NCBI RefSeq assembly: GCF_002105155.1
Contig: NW_019029019.1
Span: 372,001 to 394,655, forward strand
Direction of reading: 5' to 3'
From: Lobosporangium transversale
Lineage: Eukaryota
DNA: 22,655 nt
The notes under the pieces were generated by a model, which was given only the letters and a program-made list of their open reading frames with translations, made no database searches and was not told the origin of the DNA. Numbering within the stretch: the stretch's first letter is position 1; every line of letters begins with the position of its first letter. The translations under genes and the position numbers were made by a program. Below are positions 1 to 9,669 of the stretch, one piece after another.

Positions 1-1471
1 CCGTTCATCCGATCGTACAATAACGGCATTCCGCTTGTTTAAAGAGAGAGAAGAGTCATTAGGTCTTTTGAGCAAAGCCCTGTCATCCTGTATTGCGAAG
101 GTATTTAGAAAATGTAGAATTTAGTAAGTATGCCGATTACACTTGGCTTGGCACTCCTAAGATACATGGTGTTTGTTCTCACAATTGAGATCTACCTTTG
201 CTGTTGACGGATAAGTAGCCAGCTTGGATTCCAATAACTCTCTTAAACCCTTTTGCACTTCCACGGTGAGTTTTGTATTAGGAATCTTTTTGTTCTTCAC
301 CACTGTTTCTTTGAATTCGTCCAATGGCATCATCAGGATCTTGGCGCATCCAATTAATTCTTCGGGAATTTCGCCATCTGCCTCTAAAATAAAGTACCTA
401 AGTACGAGAAGAAAGCGATAGGTAATGAGCATAAAGAAAATTGAATTCAGTCCATTCATAGGATATAACAAAGAAAATACAAAAAAAAAAATAAAAAAAG
501 CGCAATCCCTTACTCTTCCAACCCATCATACTCCAACAGCCACTCTACTTTCTCATCCTTTCCAGCCTCATCCTGCTGTGTAAATTTGTTTATAACTAAT
601 TCACCACTAATCTCGGCAATGTTGTGTGGGTTGGGCACATCCACGAAGCCATACTTGCGTAATAGATCCGCATTACAGAGCTCGCCATAAGTATTATAGA
701 TTTGTTGACCAGCTTGAATATTCGCGATGGCTACCATTCTCAAACATTCTTTTTCATGGAACAGTCGAGCGTTGTTGTGGCCGGTTTTGTGGTTTAACAT
801 ATCTGCCATTGGAACCATGGATACGTTGATCTTCTCTTCATCTTCGTCATCATCATCCATTTCTTCATCCATATCTCCGCCTTCCTCTTTATCTGTGGAA
901 GGGGCAGTATCGTGAAAAGCATACGCCATGATCAATGAGCCCATACGATGAAAAATTTGAATAAAAGTCGAGATTGCATTATCTTTCTTCGGATCCAAGT
1001 CCGGCTCACTGTTGTTTCCTGGGGAAGAGGTGAAGAGAGCACCGTTATCACTTATAACGGGCCAAAGTTTCTCGTGGAAGGCAGCTTCTGCCTCTTGTTT
1101 TCCAATTTTGTCTATAGCTCCAGTCCCTTTCAATTCCAACAGCTCTTCTTCACTCCAGAACATTGGCGTAGAAAATTCAGTAGGAAGAATATCTAATACC
1201 AAATGAATCAAAATTGGACCAAAGTTGTTTTTGTTAATATTTCAAAGAAAAAGAAAAAAAAAATGGATTAAATCATTTAGATATATTACCAAAGTATGGC
1301 TTCCAAAGTGAGTCTGATCCACGGCAATACTCATAGATCATGCACAGCATCAAGGGATTCCAGCCTTCCATACTCGACAGATCAATCTTTTTTGAAAGTT
1401 CAGAGGTTAATGGAGAGAGAAGTAGATGCCGTGGAATTGAAAAGAGCTCCTCATTTTTCTGTCAAGAAGTG

Positions 1472-1502
<31 letters not shown>

Positions 1503-1721
1503 TATTGTTATTGACGTTGCAATGAATAGTCATGTCCCGGATAAATAAAAATAAAAAATTTTAATACTATCTCACCCTACTTTAATATCAGAAGAAGCGA
1601 TTACACCACGACCAGCACCCTCTTCAGAGTAGTCCTGTAATGCTATGGAGGCAGAGACTTTGGCTCCATTGTCGTGGAGCCATGTGAGGAATGCAGCGTT
1701 GACTTGATCGAATGCAACCAT
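1..1721 (-). CDS. SET-domain N-lysine methyltransferase, SETD6/Rkm4 (Rubisco-LSMT-like) family; 3' end runs off the window. Exons 1721-1581, 1458-1290, 1192-514, 397-196, 87-<1
   Basis: Manual splicing with GT..AG introns keeps one frame: MVAFDQVNAAFLTWLHDNGAKVS..GAGRGVIASSDIK | KNEELFSIPRHLLLSP..WKPYF | DILPTEFSTPMFWS..MVPMADMLNH..GQQIYNTYGELCNADLLRKYGF.. | YFILEADGE..YPSTAK | DDRALL..NAVIVRSDER. GRG, PxADMLNH and NTYG..LLxKYGF are SET/LSMT motifs. Confidence 0.92.
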
Positions 1722-3076
1722 GATGGCGAATGCGAAGAAAAAAAAAAAAAAAAAAAAAGAAAGCTTTTAACTACAACAAGCCACATCCGGACACATGGAA
1801 ACCGATCAAGGTTCAGGTCCAGAATTTGATTTATGCCTGCATTTCATCACTCAGGGTAAGCAAAATATTTGGCTTCCAATACATTCGAGTTTATTCAAAA
1901 AAACATATGGACTACTGACTAAACGGGGTGGGGAGCTACAATGTCAAAGTAAGTTCGATTTGACAAATTGATAGTTCAGGTACGCATTATGGTTTGGTTC
2001 TCCCCAAAGACATGTTACACTGCGTACCAAAGCTGTCACTATAATGAATGTCAGCTATTGCTTCGATGAACATTAAAAAGAAAATTATCTGTTGAATGAT
2101 TGGTACTCTAGCCTTCATTCTCAAAAGAAGAGAGTTGACAGACAAGAGATATCCTCACACACAGTTCATCATGAGCAGGTCGCAAAAGGTGCCATACCAT
2201 CAAATAGGTCTTTTCACAATCTCGCTAATCGGTTCGCACGATTGGAAGCTACCGGAACAGTTGAAGCTGCAGTTGAGACCGTCCTCCCTTTCCTTTTCGT
2301 TTTTTTTTTATTTTTTTTTTTAAAAAATATCTTGTCAAATGCGCATAAGGATTTAAAGTTTGGTACACTCGAAGCTTCGCCCAACCTTTAAGGACAACAT
2401 TGATCTCCACTTTATTCGAAGACTTTTCGATCATGCATCATTGTCCTCTGAAATCCTATTGCTATTAAACCACTGTTATAAAGAAAAACGATACATAGGT
2501 TTTTTTTCTAGTCTTATCAGAAGTCTCTGAAAATTGAATTGATAAAACCTCAAATCCTGACGTCCATATCGGACATTATCTGTTTATCAATTCTCGAATT
2601 GTCACCTATCATAAAGCAATCTTCATTTCCTGGAACGATAGCTTCTTCCAAAGTTGTGGCCGAGGACTCTAATCTATCAATTGAGCTGAGTCGTATGTAT
2701 AGGAGACTCCTGTGGGGTGGTATATGAAACTGACACCTTTCGCTATTGCAGTTATGAGAAATCCTTCAAAAAATGTAAAAAAAATAAAAAAAAAAAAAAA
2801 AAAAAAAAAACAAGAACCGAACAGGTTGATGGCGAGGCCTATACGTGGCTATCCTCAATCCAAACAAAAATACGTCTGTGATGTTGTCTGTGAAGTGCAC
2901 GACATTTTTAGCGGCAGTCAATCAGGATCTGCCACTAACATATACCCACATGTTATTCATGAATATTCTCCTCGTTCTCACGCTTCTTCACTTTTCTCTT
3001 CGCCTCATTTTTTGTTGTGCAGTAAACGCTCAAAAGTTAAACTTTGTTAAACCCGCCTTTCTCCAACTCCCTAAAT

Positions 3077-3519
3077 ATGCACAACCAAATTGGGAACTCA
3101 AAGGCGATCTCACCATCATGTCGTGAGAAGCGCCATAACGTTTCACGAGCCACACCGTACGTTCGACTCAACGAACAGGGCTCCCCAAGGTATGAAAATA
3201 TGGATCTGCTAACCTGGTTTGTGCATAGACTCTATACGACTAAAATATTTACGTTCACCTTTTTTTTTTTACTAATAATATTCTTCTCTTCCTCTATAAC
3301 AACCATAGGAGTCCCTGTCGTTCAGATAAAGGGAGGCTCGCCTGCTGAGCCCGCATCGCAGAGACAGAAAAGCAGGAAAAAAACAAAAAAGGCCTTGCAG
3401 AGCCGACGCAGGTCGATACAGCCTGAGCCACGCTCGAAGAAAAGGATCTCCATTGTTTATGTATCAAAAATCTAATTTAGTATTTTGCCCGAACCATAAA
3501 CCAACTTCCTTTTATGTAG
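3077..3519 (+). pseudogene. Decayed inverted duplicate of exon 1, intron 1, exon 2 and intron 2 of the nucleoporin-like gene at 11684-16391
   Basis: Ungapped codon alignment HNQIGNSKAISPSCREKRHNVSRATPYVR vs YN*MDRSKTNPLSRREKQHSATRRTPYAR. An intron lies at the equivalent position (gtatga 3190..catag 3308). Exon 2 remnants: SFR*REARLLSP vs SLRLRLAHFLNP, and AEPTQVDTA vs AELMQLDSV. The second donor gtatcaaaaatct (3461) matches gtatcataaaagatct. There is a frameshift at the first donor and an in-frame TAA at 3327. Confidence 0.8.
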
Positions 3520-3989
3520 GGCACAGTAGGACACAGCAAACAATGGCGTCCTCACTTCGACAGCTAGCATGCTGTTTATTATCTCTGGGAATCCAGCTTT
3601 TTCATTCCCACCATTCACCTTCACGGCAGAGACCCAATCTGTCGCCGTCCAACACATCTACTCTGCCAACATTTTACTTTGGAGCAGCCTCTTCACTCAC
3701 CCCATTTTCTTTCGTCTTTGAAACCCCAATCACATTATCACTGGAATACGTTTCTAGACCTCAATCAAGAGGTGGAAGGCGATATAAAAAAAATAAACAA
3801 AGTAAATAAAGGATGATGTGCATTATCAATTCCTTCATGCTTCTTCTTTTTAGAATTGCTATGAAGTGTCTACTAGTATTACAAGGGCATAGAAAAACTT
3901 AAAGTAAAGAGTATTACGGTAGTTGGCAGCCGGAAGCGCCTCGAAGGAACATGACGTTTATGTACATTGTCATCCTGGTCTCAAATTCT

Positions 3990-4180
3990 GAGTGTAGAAC
4001 TGGCTCTTCTTCGTCCATGTTCACTTTGGGCAGCCTGCGACTCATAGATCACTCATACCAAATAGCGCTCCAGCAACGAACGATCTGGAGTCGTTTTGGC
4101 CAGAAGTGCAATGTAAAAGCTACAGTCTTCTGACCTATTTATGAGTTATTGGTGCTTGACCCAGTATAAGGTTTTCTCGA
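3990..4180 (-). mobile_element. Possible highly degraded Tc1/mariner-IS630 (DDE_3) transposase fragment
   Basis: Frameshifted minus-strand pieces read ENLILGQAPITHK*VRRL ... TLHFWPK/TPDRSLLER/IWYE. This resembles LILDNAPxHK ... WPPxSPDLNPIExxW in order and spacing. No TIRs found. Confidence 0.3.
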
Positions 4181-4480
4181 TGCTGATATTGATATCAAAG
4201 CTTAGGCCAGTGTTGCCTGTCTATCATATTCTGAGTTATTACAAAATGATAGTAGTGATTTCAATACTAAAGATGTCCTGTGTGCGAGGCGCGTAATTTC
4301 CAGTTCAATGAAGGGAGAAGGACTGGATAGTAGATGGTCAGTCGGATGCAGTGGGCCGAAAGCCCGTTTTATGCCCAAAGATTAGTCCATAGCTTCCACA
4401 GAGAATTAAATAAGTTGGCTAAGCTTTATTAAAAAGATGTAAAGAGGAATAGTGAGAAAGTCTGAAATACAGATACGTAG

Positions 4481-5221
4481 CTACTTCTTAATGGCTTTGT
4501 AGATTAGGTAAGGCGGTCCCCAGACAGGTGATGTGAGTACAGCGAGCGTAGCGACAGTATAAATGAGGATCTGCTCCCCAATGGTCTGGAATTCTTCTTC
4601 AGTGATCTTGATATCTTGGACATCTCGTACTTCTTGTTTCACAATCTTGTCAAGCATATTCTTGAGTGGCTCCAAATCAGGGAGATCTCCTTCATCTTGG
4701 TCTTCGATCACAATCACACGGTCCGTCCTGACAATCGCTTGAGTGTATTCGTGGATTCTGTTGACCAAGGTTTCTATACACTCTCGTGTGGCATAGTGTT
4801 GCATATTTCGTCTTTTGACCTGGTTAACAATTAAAAGGATCTCAAATCTGGGTGTCAATGCCTGATTGACCTTTTGAATCAGGAGCATGTCGGAGCGCTG
4901 GATCCTTCCGTTGTGATCCATCACAATGATTCCAATCTTGAGTGGCTTTCGGTTTTTCTTTCCAAGTTTAAGCGCTTCAGTGATTTCTTCTGCGTTGCGC
5001 CTCGTTGCGACCAGATCTGGCTCAATCAGACCCGGTGCATCAACCATGAGAATATTTTGGCCATTAATGTCGACGATTTGTTGCTGTACTTGCGTCGTCA
5101 CTCCGCCGCCATGCATTGCGAACCCCGATTCAAAATTTGCCCCGAGATGGTTGGCGATATAGCTCTTCCCAGTCCCTGGATTGCCAGTGATGAATAGGAC
5201 ACAGCTGACATCGTCTCTCAT
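4481..5221 (-). CDS. AIG1/GIMAP-like (TRAFAC) P-loop GTPase, paralog A, 246 aa, with a C-terminal hydrophobic anchor
   Basis: G1 GNPGTGKS, switch I FESGFAMHGGGVTT, G3 DAPG, conserved-box-like IIVMDHNGRIQRSD, atypical G4 NQVK. Tail ILIYTVATLAVLTSPVWGPPYLIYKAIKK. Intronless. Confidence 0.88.
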   Translation of the reverse strand: MRDDVSCVLFITGNPGTGKSYIANHLGANFESGFAMHGGGVTTQVQQQIVDINGQNILMVDAPGLIEPDLVATRRNAEEITEALKLGKKNRKPLKIGIIVMDHNGRIQRSDMLLIQKVNQALTPRFEILLIVNQVKRRNMQHYATRECIETLVNRIHEYTQAIVRTDRVIVIEDQDEGDLPDLEPLKNMLDKIVKQEVRDVQDIKITEEEFQTIGEQILIYTVATLAVLTSPVWGPPYLIYKAIKK

Positions 5222-5363
5222 GATTGTGATATATTATGCGGTGACTCCACTGGTTAATATGGGAAAACGATAAGATTGCAATAAAGGAGAAAGAAAAAAA
5301 TAACAATAAATTGGACTGGGTTTGATGTTCCTAGGCCTTAATGCGTCTATTTATTTCGTCCAT

Positions 5364-5646
5364 TTGCTTCGCCAGCCAATTACACTTTTTTTTTTCTTGC
5401 TTCGCCATCTGCACATTGGATGGCTCTTCGCCCTTGGCCGCAAAGTGGACAGTGGGATAAAATAAACAATATCCCTTGAACTTTAACCTGGTAATCATGC
5501 AAAAAAAAGCTCAAAGCTTGCCAGCTGAGCCTAAACCAATTAAATCTAGGCCCTTCGCCGCTTATTTTTCAAGATATAAACATTGATAGATGGTGAAGCA
5601 CTTGATGACAGCAATACTTCCAATGGACAACATACTTGTGGCGAAG
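5364..5646. promoter_or_regulatory. Bidirectional promoter region between paralogs A and B with clustered CTTCGCC/GGCGAAG motifs
   Basis: TTGCTTCGCCA at 5364 and 5397, CTTCGCCC at 5426, CTTCGCCG at 5553, TGGTGAAGCA at 5591, TGGCGAAG at 5639, all within a 614-bp divergent intergenic region. Confidence 0.55.
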
Positions 5647-5835
5647 TGATGAACAATACAAAAAAAGTGCCTTGAGTAATGTTGCATGGGTTAGAACACA
5701 GCAGTTTGGATGCCCAGAAAGCTACGACTTAAAAAAAAAGGTTAAAAGGCGCCTCCTGGCCGCTTTATTACTTACTTAAACTTCTCTTTTATTAATATCA
5801 CTGTTGCAATCTTTAACGCCCTTTTAACAGTAAAA

Positions 5836-6561
5836 ATGACCAATGTCGACTATGCTCTCTTCATCACTGGCAATCCCGGATCTGGCAAAAGCTTCATCGC
5901 CAACAATCTTGGGGCGAATTTTCGGACTGGCTTCTCAATGCATGGCGGTGGTGTGACGACCGAAGTCCAGAGCGCGGAGGTTACCATTGAATCACAGCGT
6001 GTCCTTTTAGTCGATGCGCCAGGCTTGATCGAAGCTGATTACCAGGCGACTCAACGTAATGCAGGAATGATCACTGATGCTCTTGGTATCAGTCGACACA
6101 CCCCTTGCAAGATTGGTGTCATTGTCACTGACCACAATGGTCGGATCCAACAAGCTGACCTGCTCCTGATTAAGAAGGTCCATGAGGCATTGACACCCGC
6201 ATTTGAATTTCTACTCATTGTGAACCAGATCAGACGACGGAACATCACCAACTATGCGACCCGAGAGTGCTTAACAGCTTTAGTCCAAACTATCCAGAGC
6301 CGCACAGGAGCCGACGTGAGAATCGATCGAGTGATCGCAATAGCCGATTTTGAACCAGAGCAGCGCCCAGATATGGCTCCTCTTATCCGAATGTTGGGCT
6401 CTATAAACCAGCAATCTGCTGAGGACGTCAAGCCAATTGTGATTTCAACTGAAGAGCATCAGTCACTTGGAGAGAAGATACTGTTTTACGTTTATCGCAC
6501 GCTCAAGATTATTGCGAGCCTTGCGGGCCCAATGCTAATGATTGGCCAAATGATCATGTAG
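5836..6561 (+). CDS. AIG1/GIMAP-like P-loop GTPase, paralog B, 241 aa, with an amphipathic/hydrophobic C-terminus
   Basis: GNPGSGKS, FRTGFSMHGGGVTT, DAPG, VIVTDHNGRIQQAD, NQIR. Tail ILFYVYRTLKIIASLAGPMLMIGQMIM. AATAAA repeats at ~6660. Intronless. Confidence 0.88.
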   Translation: MTNVDYALFITGNPGSGKSFIANNLGANFRTGFSMHGGGVTTEVQSAEVTIESQRVLLVDAPGLIEADYQATQRNAGMITDALGISRHTPCKIGVIVTDHNGRIQQADLLLIKKVHEALTPAFEFLLIVNQIRRRNITNYATRECLTALVQTIQSRTGADVRIDRVIAIADFEPEQRPDMAPLIRMLGSINQQSAEDVKPIVISTEEHQSLGEKILFYVYRTLKIIASLAGPMLMIGQMIM

Positions 6562-6854
6562 TTCATGTCATGGAAATCAAGAATTTTTCTCCTTTCCATT
6601 CCAAATACATTACCACGAATTTATAGTTATCTCATTTTCATCAATTTCTTTTATTAAAAAATAAATAAATAAAGCTATTTAGTGCTTTATTTAATAGTTG
6701 CAATAAAACAGTGATTCTAATCTCTAAGGATCTACATATACCTTAGTAGCTATTTAAAACCCTCAGCGTTGAGACGAGGGATCGCTAAAGTGGGGAGATA
6801 TGGACTGCTGCTACAGTAAAAGTGCAAAGAGCAAACGTCTCATGCGTAATAATG

Positions 6855-7329
6855 ATGCTCCCAGCATTGCAACTTATGCTCCATAGGATCCTTATTTGGC
6901 CAACCACCCGCACCCTCTGACATGGCTACCAATCGTCCTCCACTGATGCTGGCTCTTGAGTCTATTGTATTAATTAAAGTGAGACAGTCATCGGATACGT
7001 GATGCCGTATATTCCGCCGCTTGACTTAGTTTACAATCAGCAGAGTGCAGAGTTCAAAGTTAATATATTCTGTTCAACCCTCAATACTCAAGAGGTCGCC
7101 TGCATATTTGGTATCGCCACTAGATCGGCCTCTGTCAACCCAAGAGCATCCATAAGGAGCAAACGTTCCTCATTTATCATCATCCTTTGTTTCTAGATGT
7201 TTGTCGTCATGGCTTCGCCACCACCTATTCCAAGTCCCGAGAGGGACCTGCGTCTAGGTTGTTAACGATATTGCTCTTGCCGACGTCAAGATTGCCAGTA
7301 ATGAATAACGCACAACTGATATCTATTAA
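6855..7329 (-). pseudogene. Pseudogenised AIG1/GIMAP-like GTPase paralog
   Basis: Across frameshifts the minus strand reads DISCALFITGNLDVGKSNIVNNLDA / SGLGIGGGEAMTTNI*KQRMMINEERLLLMDALGLTEADLVA / AGDLLSIEG*..LLIVN*VKRRNIRHHVSDDCLTLINTIDSRA..RLVAM / MLG. This is collinear with paralogs A and B. Stops at 7193-7195 and 7026-7028, and an internal deletion. Confidence 0.88.
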
Positions 7330-7396
7330 CCCTAAAGTCGAGTTTTTAAAAAATGCCTCGCCATCACCCCTGAAAACCTTATATTGGTTTTTTTGA

Positions 7397-7416
7397 AAAC
7401 AAACAAACAAACAAAC
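7397..7416. repeat. (AAAC)n microsatellite
   Basis: aaac repeated about 5 times. Confidence 0.8.
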
Positions 7417-7427
7417 GGAATTGTTTG

Positions 7428-7565
7428 TTGCTTCGCCTACTTCGCCAACAATATGTGACAGGTTTTCCAGCCTGTATAATTCATGCAAATGAAATCTTGG
7501 GGTTTTCCCCTCAGTCAATAATGTAACATGGGTCAACTCTCTAAGGGATGGGTAGTATGGCGAAG
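7428..7565. promoter_or_regulatory. CTTCGCC motif cluster in the divergent region between the pseudogene and paralog C
   Basis: TTGCTTCGCCT at 7428, CTTCGCCA at 7440, TGGCGAAG at 7558. Confidence 0.5.
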
Positions 7566-7752
7566 TAAGTTTGATTGATATTTATTCAGTTACAAATGAA
7601 TAAAGCATGCATTCAATGGAGCGAAGAAAGCATCTGAAAGGGAAACTTTTTTCTCTTCTCTTTTTTATATAACTAGATAAAATATCAATCCTTTTTGTTC
7701 TTCTATCACAGTTGCCCTGAATTATCCTATACAATAAATACAATAAAAAAAA

Positions 7753-9390
7753 ATGAATAGTATTTCATCCAAATATACCTTATTCGTAACTGGAAACCCT
7801 GGGTCCGGGAAGAGCTTCATTGCCAACCATCTTGGCGCACACTTCCCTTCAGGCTTCTCAGACCATGGCGGGGGCTACACTACTGAATTACATACAGAAA
7901 ACGTTCCAATCGATGAAGACGAAGTACTTATGGTCGATGCACCAGGCTTGATTGAAGCAAACTATAAAACAACTGTAAAGAATGCGACGTTGATCACACG
8001 TGCGCTCAACAAGGGCCAGTCTGAGGAGTATGGCCAGCAGATCCCCTACAAGATCGGTATCGTCATCACAGACACAAATGGACGCATCCAGCCGGCAGAC
8101 ATGCTCTTAGTCAGGAAGTTGTATGAAGCACTGACTCCTAAGCCTGAATTTATGTTGATCATCAACCAAGTCAGAAAGAGTAACCTTCATAAAGTGATGT
8201 CGGAAGAGTACCAGCGCAACCTAATTACGACGATCAGAGAAAAGACAGGTGCCACTATTCGTTCGGAGCATATTGTAACAATTGCCGATCTCCCTGATGA
8301 CGAACAGGTTGACCTCAAACAGTTGAAAGAGGTCCTGAGTAAAATTGATGCAATTTCTGTGAAAGTAAGCCCAATTACGATCACTAAAGATGAATTTGAT
8401 ACCATCCTGAACATGGACCAGCCCCATGGATTCACAGCCACCAATAACATTCCTCAACAAGCGCTTCGGCTCCCCAAAGTATCTCGATTTTTACAACCTA
8501 TAAAACCTATAAAGAAACTTTTGCAGCTCGAAAAACCTAAACAGGCAAGCTTCGATCTACGTTTGCATTGATTATTGGTATACACAAAATAGTGAGATAC
8601 TTACTTATTTTTTTTGTTGTGATATCAGGATAAGGCTTCTAAAATCTCTAATCCGGTCAACGAGGGGTCTCGGAAAAATTTCGATAGGCACTTTGGGCCG
8701 AACGAGCCGGTAGTATCCAATTCGGGTACTAATGGACCACCGTCTCATATCCATGGATACTCTAACCCAGCTCCACCAATAAACCAATCCCATACTTCAT
8801 ATCATGATAAGCCCCAACCTCAGCCTCCATTATCTGATATCAGTAATATACCTGCATATCGGCAACAAGGAGCGGGGCCGCAATCATTTGACTATCAATC
8901 TTGTGCGACGTCGCTTAGTTCGACAAATGTACATGTCCTAATAACTTCTGGCGCAGCAAAGATCCACCCCACAACACCTTATGACGTAGCAGGCGTCCAA
9001 CCTCAAGCATCTTTTGGTATGGCAGAATCCCTGCCCGAAGTGACTTCTGGCTTAATAAATGCACCGCATCATGTACCTCCTAGCGAAATAAGTCAACAGT
9101 CTCTGGCGTCCCTTGACACAGTAGATCACTTATCACCCCAATCGCCTGCTGTGATAGATTTCCAGTCTGCCGCGGTAGGCCACCAGCCCTTGGTGTCCCC
9201 TTGCGAAGCAAACAACCAGTATTTAGACCCTATAGTTGCAGTAGACCACCGGACTGTTGAAACAAAACCTACCAACTGCGGTAGTAGTCATCTAGAGCAA
9301 CCAATTGACATAGCTTCAGACGCACCCTTACAGGCCCCGATGGCACCGCAAGTAGTTGAAGATGTCGAATATATAGACGTCGTAGATTAG
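7753..9390 (+). CDS. AIG1/GIMAP-like P-loop GTPase, paralog C, with a long Pro/Ser/Gln-rich disordered tail. Predicted exons 7753-8544 and 8629-9390 (~517 aa, GC-AG intron); unspliced ORF is 272 aa
   Basis: GNPGSGKS, FPSGFSDHGGGYTT, DAPG, IVITDTNGRIQPAD, NQVR. CAG|GCAAGC at 8545 and a T-rich tract ending gatatcag at 8628 join in phase 0 to a stop-free frame 8629-9390, which contains the listed ORF 9019-9390. Confidence 0.8.
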
Positions 9391-9669
9391 TTGGTATAAG
9401 TGCACTTTATCAACTGAAAGCATATGTACCATTTGTATCAATAAAAGCTAATGGTACAGACTCAACATGTAGGCTTGGGGAAGCTCTTGCTATATACGAA
9501 GAGATTACTAAGTCTTGAAGCCTGAAAATTGTAATTTACAGTATAAAAGCTTGTTCGCCACTGCCTGATAGCTCCTTCAAGATCTAAAAGATTTTATTCG
9601 ATTTCATTCCAAGGAAAAATAAAAAAAGAAATCTGTAGTGACAGTGCTGGCAACATGCACTTCCTGACC

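Noticed and set aside
2092..3050. Possible spliced gene on + (gtatgt 2693..tgcag 2751; gtctgt..tgcag 3022)
   Set aside because: Splice-like signals exist, but I could not build a consistent frame across the poly(A) tract or recognise a domain. Part of it may be the duplicated nucleoporin upstream region.
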